From IMG/VR virus record IMGVR_UViG_2602041664_000003, positions 7,315-71,314 of that record: a DNA stretch of 64,000 bases, one strand, 5' to 3'. Both the position numbers and the translations under genes were made by a program. The notes under the pieces are model-generated. The model did not search any database. It had not been told where the DNA came from and saw only the letters and a program-made list of their open reading frames with translations. Of the stretch, positions 17,901 through 26,072 are shown piece after piece. The DNA comes from a virus. Taxonomy: Duplodnaviria; Caudoviricetes. Every line of letters begins with the position of its first letter. Within the stretch, counting starts at the first letter, position 1.

Positions 17901-19966
17901 AATCCCTTAGCCTTTTTGTGTTTCTTTTTTGTTAACCTAAATATCTCTATGTAAAACCAACTCTCCCAAAAGTCAGGTGAGTGACCAACGTATTTCTTTG
18001 CAAGTTTCTTTGGTAGTAGCTTAAAACCTCTATCGGCACCCACTTCGTCCCTTCTAAGCGATTTTCTCTCTTTCATTAGAATCTGTCTAAGAGGTAGGTT
18101 TTTGAATCCATTACCACTGAATTTCCTTTCAAGTAATGCTGGTTCGATAGAAATACTCCTCTCCTTAATCTCTGTATAGAACATGAAAGCGCATTGTGAT
18201 TTCAAGTCCTTATATAGATACTTAATGCCTTCCTCTTCTTTCCTATCAAGAGCCACAGGGGCAGCTTGGTTATTGAATGGTACTGCATCTGGGAAGAAAC
18301 CCTTAAAGTACTGCCCAATGCCTTGCATATCGTATGTGAAATTACATTCCTCAACTCCCCATTCTCGGAGTTTGGATTGAACCACAGACACAATTGTCTT
18401 GGAATCTATTCGCATTACCACAAGATCCTTCGTGTGTCTGCCTACCCAATGCCACATAACAAAGTTATCACCACCCGTAAAGGCAATATCGGCAGACGCA
18501 CGATGCACTTCATCGTCAAGCTGCATGGAATTACCAAAGATGCCTTCCAAATCCTCTATTTTCACCATGTCATCGCCTGCCGCTTTCCAATTCCAGTTTG
18601 CTTCGAGGTCACGCATACGCTGCTCCTCATCTTGTTGTGCAAGGTTGGCAATATACGAAGCGTCCGTACTGATAAGTTTGATGTTCTCTGATACGTCCGC
18701 ACGAATGAATGTCACAGACTTGATAAACATGTCAAGTTTTGTATAACCAAGGTCGCCATACTCGTCCTTCCAAAGAGAATCAATGATAGAAGAACATTGT
18801 TCATAAACTTCCTGACGAGTATCACCCCAATAGATTTGATCGGGCGTATCACCGTCCATAAAACAGAATCTAACCTTGCAATCACGTTCGGGGATAATAT
18901 AGCCATCTTCATCTACCCACCAATCAATAAACTTACGCACCCAACTTTCAGGGTCTGGGTTGCATGTTATCCAAAACCTATTGCGGATATGTGCTGCATT
19001 ACGATTATTTGTAAGTAGATATTTGAATTTCTTGTATTCAACTTGCGTACCCTCATCAATGGCGATATAGGAATACTGACGACCTTGAAATCTGTCCTTG
19101 AAATCTTGGTATGCCCCAGTGTAATATGAGAATTTCAACCACCCTCCGTTTTGGAAATTCCACGTCATATCGTTCTGTGACTTGTTGTAAGTTCCAAATT
19201 GAGAGTACACCTTGTATGAATCCGAAATAAGAGAATCAAGGTCGTTCTTCTCCTTTCGTAGTATCAAACCATGAAAATCGGGATTGCGAATATCCTTAAG
19301 TGTTTCCATGAGAGCAGAGAAGGATTTGCTATTATGGGTGATGATATAATCATCAAGTAGAAAAACAGAATCCTCTCCATCTACGGCTATACAACAACAA
19401 TCATATTTTTTTGTGTACTCGCATGAAACGACTTCGATTAATTCTTTGTCACTATCGCAAACTGGTAAATATACCTTATATCCTTTTGTTAGGTAGTGCG
19501 CAATCTCTTTTGTGATAAAAGCATGAGTATTGCCAACAATCTCTGCATGCTTGTTCTCTAATATCACGCACCATACATGGTCGTCAGAGCATGTTATCTG
19601 CTTTCCGTTTTCGAGTGTAATAACGAAACAATCAAGTTGAGAGTAATCGGATCTACTTAGGACTTTTATCTCTTTTCTGTTTACGCCAAATACTATGTCA
19701 CCGCACTCAATATCCTTGATAGCTTTCTTGCCATCTTTTGTAAGCACGATAGTATTTCTTTCTAATGGTCCACCTCTCGAACCTCCAACTATCTTAATAT
19801 CAGCGTCTACGGAGAGTATTCTCTCCTGTGCGCCTTTCTGTGCTATGATTTTTAGTTTATCGGGAGACTTTCGGTCTAAATCACGCAAAGACTGAATATA
19901 CTCTTGTGTATAAACAGTATCTCCTTTTGGTAAATTTAACCCTGAAATATTCTCAATCTTTGCCAT
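17888..19966 (-). CDS. terL: terminase large subunit containing a mini-intein
   Basis: Walker A GGSRGG/SKS split by intein; Walker B IAIDE; TCNP; nuclease ADIA and HSPDF; start likely M21 of track ORF. Confidence 0.9.
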   Translation of the reverse strand: MAKIENISGLNLPKGDTVYTQEYIQSLRDLDRKSPDKLKIIAQKGAQERILSVDADIKIVGGSRGGPLERNTIVLTKDGKKAIKDIECGDIVFGVNRKEIKVLSRSDYSQLDCFVITLENGKQITCSDDHVWCVILENKHAEIVGNTHAFITKEIAHYLTKGYKVYLPVCDSDKELIEVVSCEYTKKYDCCCIAVDGEDSVFLLDDYIITHNSKSFSALMETLKDIRNPDFHGLILRKEKNDLDSLISDSYKVYSQFGTYNKSQNDMTWNFQNGGWLKFSYYTGAYQDFKDRFQGRQYSYIAIDEGTQVEYKKFKYLLTNNRNAAHIRNRFWITCNPDPESWVRKFIDWWVDEDGYIIPERDCKVRFCFMDGDTPDQIYWGDTRQEVYEQCSSIIDSLWKDEYGDLGYTKLDMFIKSVTFIRADVSENIKLISTDASYIANLAQQDEEQRMRDLEANWNWKAAGDDMVKIEDLEGIFGNSMQLDDEVHRASADIAFTGGDNFVMWHWVGRHTKDLVVMRIDSKTIVSVVQSKLREWGVEECNFTYDMQGIGQYFKGFFPDAVPFNNQAAPVALDRKEEEGIKYLYKDLKSQCAFMFYTEIKERSISIEPALLERKFSGNGFKNLPLRQILMKERKSLRRDEVGADRGFKLLPKKLAKKYVGHSPDFWESWFYIEIFRLTKKKHKKAKGLWMI
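19331..19768 (-). mobile_element. 146-aa class 3 mini-intein (Pro1, WCT triplet, Ser+1)
   Basis: PLERNTIV start; block B TCSDDHVW; block F CCCIAV; terminal ITHN/S; no endonuclease domain. Confidence 0.85.
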
Positions 19967-19973
19967 GTAACGA

Positions 19974-20065
19974 ATAAATATACAATCTTTTATGCAAAAA
20001 TATACATTTTTATTTGGAATATTCATTTTTTATGCATATTTTTGTTTGCAGAATTGTATATTTAT
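19974..20065. promoter_or_regulatory. divergent promoter region for packaging and capsid operons
   Basis: Back-to-back TATTTTTG boxes flanked by inverted TGTATATTTAT boxes (19974-19984, 20055-20065). Confidence 0.55.
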
Positions 20066-20078
20066 ACGATTTTTATAT

Positions 20079-20150
20079 CGCAGGGTGGCGCAGAGGTAGC
20101 GTAGTTGGCTCATAACCAACAGGTCGGAGGTTCGATTCCTTCTCCTGCAA
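20079..20150 (+). tRNA. tRNA-Met(CAT), initiator-like (C1:A72), no encoded CCA
   Basis: Full cloverleaf: GTTGG-CTCATAA-CCAAC anticodon arm, GGAGG-TTCGATT-CCTTC T arm. Confidence 0.9.
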
Positions 20151-20176
20151 CGATTAATCATTCAGGATAACCACTA

Positions 20177-20860
20177 ATGGAAAGAGAAGAACTCAAAGAA
20201 TTAGTAAACAAAAGTTTGGGAAGCACCCAGTTAAAACTTAGCGAGCGTACAATCAACGAGGAACTTGATGACGTTCTGGGCGATTTTGGAGATAACGAGG
20301 AAGCAAATGCCAAGTTGGTCGAAAGAGTTGCAAACCGATTGAAGCGAATGGACGGTAATCTCCACGCTGATGTCTCGAAAGAGGTAAAGGAGTATAAGGA
20401 GAACGCTGAAAAGAAGCAGAAAGAGGGAAATGAAGGCGGTTCTAAGAAGAACGAGAATAATGAGGGTAGCGAAAGCGAAATCATGAAGGAATTGAAAAAC
20501 CTTAGAGCTGAACTTGATGAGGAACGTAACGCACGCAAGCAAGAGCAGACCGAGAGAGCGAAGCACGCTACAATGGATTCTGTCAGAAAAGGTCTTAGGG
20601 AGAAGTTTGAAAATGCAGGTTTGAAGATCAATGACTTCTTTGCTAAATCCGCTCTTTCAAAACTCGAAATTCCAAGCGAAAATGTCGATTTAAAATCTCT
20701 CGTTGAGAAAGCGGAGAGACTGTACAATGCAGACATCAAGGAAGCGGGAATTGAAATAGGTAAACCACATGCAGGCGGCAATGGTGGTGGCAAGGAAGAA
20801 AAAGAAGACTGGAGCGATGTTGGTAACATCGTTGGACGACACAACCCAAAGACCGAATAA
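20177..20860 (+). CDS. capsid scaffolding protein
   Basis: Charged coiled-coil protein with Gly-rich tail, upstream of capsid genes. Confidence 0.7.
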   Translation: MEREELKELVNKSLGSTQLKLSERTINEELDDVLGDFGDNEEANAKLVERVANRLKRMDGNLHADVSKEVKEYKENAEKKQKEGNEGGSKKNENNEGSESEIMKELKNLRAELDEERNARKQEQTERAKHATMDSVRKGLREKFENAGLKINDFFAKSALSKLEIPSENVDLKSLVEKAERLYNADIKEAGIEIGKPHAGGNGGGKEEKEDWSDVGNIVGRHNPKTE

Positions 20861-20894
20861 CAAGTATTCAGTTTAACAATTAACATTAATCGAA

Positions 20895-21644
20895 ATGACA
20901 GAACTTGATTTTTATCAGCAAAGGATTCTCAATGCGGGAGTTTTCCAAGGCACTGTACTGATTCAGGCTCATGGCGAGATTGGCGGCAGTCGTAACGTAT
21001 TCGTTAAGTTGCAGTCAAGCGCAAAGAACGGGTTGGTTTACCCAACAGTCGGTGGAGTTCTCGTAAATCCTTTTAAGGGCAATGCAAAGATTTATGCAGG
21101 TGACCTTTTAGAGTATAATCCGGGTATCGAGGGTGATACTGGTGCTACTATTAAGATTATGAAGACTTACGAGGTGGCTAAGGCTGCATCAACAACCGAA
21201 GTCCTCATTAAGCGTGACGGATTCCGTCATATCCCATTCGTTGGTGACATTCTCATGGTTGCACCAAACACTCTTACGGGTACAGGTACAGGTGTTACCG
21301 TTACCGCAGTTGAAGCAACGAAGGACAACACCGTAGGTGATGTTTGGAAGTTAACTGTTAGTGCAGCCGTTACCGCTGCCGTTGGAGCAGTTCTCGTGGA
21401 AGCAGACAAGGCTGGTGCAGGTGCTAAGGCTATCGTCTCCAACCCTAACTGTTATGCACCTTCTGACTTTGATTTTGTGTACAACCCAGCTGCAACAAAC
21501 AACGACTTCGAGGGCGCACGCTATCTGTTCACCCCATGTCTTGCCAATGCGAGCACTGTGCTTTACAAAGCAAAGATGTCTCCAATGCCGGCAAGTGTTC
21601 TCGCACTGAACACAAGCAAGGTTGCAGGTTGGTTCTCACTCTAA
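20895..21644 (+). CDS. head decoration / auxiliary capsid protein
   Basis: Ala/Thr/Val-rich beta protein between scaffold and major capsid. Confidence 0.65.
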   Translation: MTELDFYQQRILNAGVFQGTVLIQAHGEIGGSRNVFVKLQSSAKNGLVYPTVGGVLVNPFKGNAKIYAGDLLEYNPGIEGDTGATIKIMKTYEVAKAASTTEVLIKRDGFRHIPFVGDILMVAPNTLTGTGTGVTVTAVEATKDNTVGDVWKLTVSAAVTAAVGAVLVEADKAGAGAKAIVSNPNCYAPSDFDFVYNPAATNNDFEGARYLFTPCLANASTVLYKAKMSPMPASVLALNTSKVAGWFSL

Positions 21645-21671
21645 TGTTTCACACTTAAAAGGTATAACGAA

Positions 21672-22844
21672 ATGGCAAAATACAATTTTGAAGATTCAAG
21701 ATACGCTAAGTTCTTTGCAAGTCCAGAGAACAACCGTTTCTTGCAGTCATTCCTTGATAATAGTGCTTTGTTCTACACTAACTATGGTTGGTACAAGACA
21801 CAAGGTCGCAAAGCAGCAGCAGAGACACCATCCCAAGCAGACGGTACGGCAGTATTCTCTGTTAAGGCTCACAAGTTGAAGTCACCTCATTTGATGGATC
21901 TTCGAGCACCGCTTGGGGATAGCAACCAGACGGACGGCTCAAAAGATAAGTTCTACACGGCATCAATTCCTGACTTTATCGCAGAGGGTATCGTTGAGAC
22001 CGCATCGGAGCGCAATTACAAGGTTCAAATGTTTGAACAGTTCGGTAATGACGCAGACATCGTTGCTACTTATGTCGACAAGTTGCAGGATAAGTTCAAT
22101 GCAGTTGATGCGACCATGAATTTCATGACTGCTCAACTCATGAGTACTGCAAAGATTGACTACACGGGTATTGGTCGTGGTATTCAGCTTCCACTACACA
22201 AGGCAGAAGTGCCAACAAGCAATTTCCTTAAGGCTGGTGTAAAGACTTGGGCTGACGCTGACTGTAAATTGCTCACACAAATGCGAGTATTGGAGGACAA
22301 GGTGCGCCATGAAATGGGTGACTACGCAGGTCCAATGGTATGGCAGATGACCCGTAACGACTTCTACAACATCTTCTTGAAGAACAAGGAAGTTCGTGAG
22401 TTCGTTTCCAACTATCGCAAGTTAAACTTCCTTGCTTCAACACAGGAAATTCCTGTTGTCGCATCGGAGTGGAATAAGGCAGTTGTTGACTTAGAGGGTG
22501 TATCTCCTATTGAACTTGTCGTTGAGCAGGAAAGCAACAAGACCCATTCTAAGGAGGAGGTTGTTAAGGGATGGAAGGATGGTACAGCCGTTCTCCGCCC
22601 AGCAGGCGATGCAGTCGAGTTTGAGCACAAAGCAATTCTTGATGAGCAGATGATTAAGCAGTTTGGTGCCAGTACTATCACTTCTGTATTTGGTCGTGGT
22701 AATGATGGTTTATCCCTTGTTATCAACTCAACAATGAATAACGGTCACTTCAAAGAGTGGCACACTGACGTTATGATGTCGGCATGTCCTGCTTTGATAG
22801 AGTTCCCTAACCACTACATCATCGACATTAACACCGCCGACTAA
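21672..22844 (+). CDS. major capsid protein (lambda E-like HK97 fold)
   Basis: 390 aa; synteny; C-terminal MSACPALIEFP. Confidence 0.8.
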   Translation: MAKYNFEDSRYAKFFASPENNRFLQSFLDNSALFYTNYGWYKTQGRKAAAETPSQADGTAVFSVKAHKLKSPHLMDLRAPLGDSNQTDGSKDKFYTASIPDFIAEGIVETASERNYKVQMFEQFGNDADIVATYVDKLQDKFNAVDATMNFMTAQLMSTAKIDYTGIGRGIQLPLHKAEVPTSNFLKAGVKTWADADCKLLTQMRVLEDKVRHEMGDYAGPMVWQMTRNDFYNIFLKNKEVREFVSNYRKLNFLASTQEIPVVASEWNKAVVDLEGVSPIELVVEQESNKTHSKEEVVKGWKDGTAVLRPAGDAVEFEHKAILDEQMIKQFGASTITSVFGRGNDGLSLVINSTMNNGHFKEWHTDVMMSACPALIEFPNHYIIDINTAD

Positions 22845-22862
22845 TAATTAGATTGAACTTGT

Positions 22863-23300
22863 ATGGAAGCAGTATCAGAAGTAGGAAAGACTTATACAGT
22901 CGAAGATTATATCCTTGCAAAGGTAAAGTTTGAAGTGCCTGTTGACGCACTCTATCCTATATTCGTTGATAGAGAGATTGAAGCCAAGACCCCTATGATG
23001 GATAGTGACAGGGCAAAGGTGCGCCTCGCATATGCAGACTTACTGAAATGGATGATTCTCGGTCCGAGTAAAGTCAATAATACTTCTGATACTGATAATG
23101 GATGGACGCACTCGTCTGGCGGTTATCAGCTTTCGAGCGATGATATTAAGGATCTCAAAAACGAAGCCAATGCCATTTATAAGGAACTCGAACCATCTTC
23201 TGTCTTTGGAAGAAAAACTACTTTCAAAATGAACAGTGGCGGAATCAAGCACTCTAATATGGACTTAGTTGGCAATCCTTTGCCGCATATCATTCGTTAA
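22863..23300 (+). CDS. head-tail adaptor
   Basis: Synteny; LAYADLL...GWTHS...ANAIYK motif typical of Bacteroidota phage adaptors. Confidence 0.65.
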   Translation: MEAVSEVGKTYTVEDYILAKVKFEVPVDALYPIFVDREIEAKTPMMDSDRAKVRLAYADLLKWMILGPSKVNNTSDTDNGWTHSSGGYQLSSDDIKDLKNEANAIYKELEPSSVFGRKTTFKMNSGGIKHSNMDLVGNPLPHIIR

Positions 23301-23311
23301 GAGGTACGATT

Positions 23312-23725
23312 ATGAGAAAGGAAGTTATAAGCAACCCTCGTTATCCTCACACGATTAAGATTGTGCGCATCTTGGAAAAGACTGTGCCCGTTGAAAATGC
23401 GAGTGAGGTGGAGAACGAGGACCCGTTTGCTTCTAATGACACTTCCAATCCACAGACCAAGACGGAGCGAGAAAACGTGATTCTTTATAGTGGATGCGGT
23501 CGCTCGTTTACTGATACAACGACCAATGGCATGGGGAAGGTGGACATAAACAAGAGGAAGGCTTCAATTCCCGTCAGATATGACAAATGGGAAGCTAATA
23601 GACAACCCCTTGATGGAGACACAATCTATGCTACCGTTGGAAACAACACCGAAGAAGGTCGTGTAAGGGATAGTGAGCCAGACAACGATAGAACGATTGT
23701 TTATTGGGAACTTGTAAGAGTTTAG
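23312..23725 (+). CDS. head closure/stopper protein
   Basis: Synteny; NPRYPHT start, beta-rich. Confidence 0.6.
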   Translation: MRKEVISNPRYPHTIKIVRILEKTVPVENASEVENEDPFASNDTSNPQTKTERENVILYSGCGRSFTDTTTNGMGKVDINKRKASIPVRYDKWEANRQPLDGDTIYATVGNNTEEGRVRDSEPDNDRTIVYWELVRV

Positions 23726-23728
23726 GGT

Positions 23729-24268
23729 ATGGAAAGTTTAGCAGAACAATTTGAAAAGAGAATCTTTAAGCCATTCAATGCGTATGCAGTTGAAAAGGCT
23801 AAACAGGTTGTTGATGCTATTGCTTTGGAAGCCGTAGATGTTGCTATTGAGAGGCACGATCCCTATAGTAAGGAGGACTTCTATGATGTTACTGGTAACC
23901 TATTTACCTCTATAAGCGCAGCCGCTTACTATAAAGGTGTTCCATTCTCATTATACTCTGTTGGCGACACAGAAAAAGCACCATTAGGTAAAACCCTCAC
24001 GAAAGGAATGAAAAAGTATCGCCCTTTTTATGCCGACAATGGCTTTTTCGAGGGAGGTCCTTTTGAAGCTTCAGTGGGAGAGAAACGTGTTTACGGTCCT
24101 ACGGAATCAAGGAAAGCCCTAACGGATATGTTTAGCGGTATTCCCAAAACTCATACATGGGCAGTTAGGGTGGTTGCGTCAGTTCCTTACGCTTTTAAGG
24201 CGTATAACCTCATGGTTGCAATCAAAGACGAAGTGGCAAAACGAGCATCATCAAAGAAGATATGGTAA
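23729..24268 (+). CDS. neck protein (HK97 gp10-like)
   Basis: DVTGNLFTSI and PYA motifs; synteny. Confidence 0.6.
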   Translation: MESLAEQFEKRIFKPFNAYAVEKAKQVVDAIALEAVDVAIERHDPYSKEDFYDVTGNLFTSISAAAYYKGVPFSLYSVGDTEKAPLGKTLTKGMKKYRPFYADNGFFEGGPFEASVGEKRVYGPTESRKALTDMFSGIPKTHTWAVRVVASVPYAFKAYNLMVAIKDEVAKRASSKKIW

Positions 24269-24669
24269 GTTTGAAGACATTATACTACGGCATAGCGAAA
24301 GCAGTGAGTGGTATCTGCGACAAGGGTTACTACCAAGATAGACCCGCTTCCGTCACGGATAGACCAGATAGCTATATAGTTGTCAGCCTTCCTTCTGCGG
24401 TTTACAATAACGAGTTGGGGGAGCGTGGCGAGTATAATGACTTTTCTACCACGGTTGTTCTTGAAGTTTACGTCAGAGATTTGGTGTCAGCAAGTAACCC
24501 TAATGGCATGGACATAAAAAAGATGGACGAAAAGGTGGATGCAGTTTTGAAGTTATTTCCCATCAATACTAAGGACTTTAAGATAAACAAGCCACAGATA
24601 ACCCTACAGACGAGTGATAAGTCGGGATTCCATGTAACATTCATACAAGCACAATTAACCACGAAGTAA
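24262..24669 (+). CDS. tail terminator/completion protein
   Basis: Synteny, directly before tail tube gene. Confidence 0.6.
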   Translation: MVSLKTLYYGIAKAVSGICDKGYYQDRPASVTDRPDSYIVVSLPSAVYNNELGERGEYNDFSTTVVLEVYVRDLVSASNPNGMDIKKMDEKVDAVLKLFPINTKDFKINKPQITLQTSDKSGFHVTFIQAQLTTK

Positions 24670-24699
24670 CTTTAGTTTCACAATTAAAAGGATAACATT

Positions 24700-25251
24700 A
24701 TGGCATTGAAAAAGAAAACCGAGTTGAAGGATATTTTTTCTGGACCTTCTTCTCTTATGTACCAAAAGGCAGCGATAGACCTTAGTAGCGCAACCGCTAT
24801 TGCTCTCGCACCCGAACTTGACATTCCTGTGAAGGTTGATTCCTTGAAGATTGAGCAGGGCGATCCATCATTGACCCACTACAAGGTACTCGGCATGAAT
24901 GGCGATTGGCAGTCAACCGCAGAGATTGGCGACTTCGAGATTTCGTTCACCGTACCTACAAAGCATGCAGATGTTTTGAAGTGGGCGCATGGAGAGGGTG
25001 CCGTTAAGGACAACGTTCAGGCTACTATTGGTAGCACGAACTATAAGGGTCAGGCTCTCACTCCTACCAAGCACAAGATTACTGGTACGTTCATCATCGA
25101 GGACGATACACAGGAGAATATCATGATTCTCTCTGGTGTTGCCCTTTGGGCAAAGCCTATGATGGATGACGGTAAGGTTTACGCTATCGGTCTTACAGGT
25201 ACACTGGAGATTGGCGACAAGCCTTCTATTGCATGGTTGAAGAAAGCATAG
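24700..25251 (+). CDS. major tail tube protein
   Basis: 183 aa beta-rich; followed by hairpin and chaperone; no sheath gene. Confidence 0.7.
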   Translation: MALKKKTELKDIFSGPSSLMYQKAAIDLSSATAIALAPELDIPVKVDSLKIEQGDPSLTHYKVLGMNGDWQSTAEIGDFEISFTVPTKHADVLKWAHGEGAVKDNVQATIGSTNYKGQALTPTKHKITGTFIIEDDTQENIMILSGVALWAKPMMDDGKVYAIGLTGTLEIGDKPSIAWLKKA

Positions 25252-25294
25252 GCTAATCTCAATAGGTATTAGGTTTTAGGATAACAACAACGCA

Positions 25295-25333
25295 GGGGCG
25301 GCTGGCTTTCAAAAAGAGCCGTCGCCCTTTATT
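25295..25333 (+). terminator. intrinsic terminator after the tail tube gene
   Basis: GGGCGGC-TGGCT...AGCC-GTCGCCC followed by TTTATT. Confidence 0.6.
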
Positions 25334-25344
25334 AGTAAGAAAAC

Positions 25345-25794
25345 ATGGCAAAGAAAGAAGTTGAACAACCAAGCATTGATTTACAGATTGCACTTGATGA
25401 GATTCTAAGTGAAACTCCTACGGAATACACCTTTAGAGGGAAGAAGAGGAAACTCGGATGGCTTCATAAAGGAACAACGAGGAAGTTTACTCATGTGGAA
25501 CTAAAGGAGAAAAACGAGTGGAAGAAGCGTGTCAAACAGTGTGCTTTAGTGCAACTCAACAACATTTGGAAGATCCGCTTTTTCTATTGGCTTTTGTGGA
25601 GATACTACTATTACATCATTGACCTCGATGTTTGCGAAGTGCTTGGTGTGTTTGATGTCGCTAAAAAAAAAATACAATCAGCAGCATTTCAACTCACTAC
25701 CATATTAGCGACCGCAATGACGGATGCGATGATGACGATGACAGAAGCAGAGCGTACCCAAGCAGGACAAGCTGGGGAGGGGCGCATAGCTTAG
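25345..25794 (+). CDS. tail assembly chaperone (G)
   Basis: Position between tube and tape measure genes; slippery A10 run. Confidence 0.7.
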   Translation: MAKKEVEQPSIDLQIALDEILSETPTEYTFRGKKRKLGWLHKGTTRKFTHVELKEKNEWKKRVKQCALVQLNNIWKIRFFYWLLWRYYYYIIDLDVCEVLGVFDVAKKKIQSAAFQLTTILATAMTDAMMTMTEAERTQAGQAGEGRIA

Positions 25795-26066
25795 CAGAGA
25801 AGTTCAGCTTTCTCTTTGAACGCCGTTTCGGTATTCGTGCATATGATTATTGGTGGGGTTACACATCAGCACAGATTGACCTCATGGCGATTGACCAACC
25901 AACCATTGTCTATCCGAAAGATAATGAAGGTCAACACGCAAGTAAAGCCGAAATAGACGAACTAACAGAAGCATGGGAGAAAAAACATAAGCAATCAAGG
26001 GTAGGTAAAAAGATTTCTCTCAACGAGTATTTTGATAACGATATTACAAACACAGACAAAGGATAA
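25665..26066 (+). CDS. -1 frame extension of the tail chaperone (GT-type)
   Basis: The -1 frame is open from the A10 run to 26066 and encodes ...YDYWWGYTSAQIDLMAIDQP. Confidence 0.6.
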   Translation, partial: KKNTISSISTHYHISDRNDGCDDDDDRSRAYPSRTSWGGAHSLAEKFSFLFERRFGIRAYDYWWGYTSAQIDLMAIDQPTIVYPKDNEGQHASKAEIDELTEAWEKKHKQSRVGKKISLNEYFDNDITNTDKG

Positions 26067-26072
26067 CGAGAT

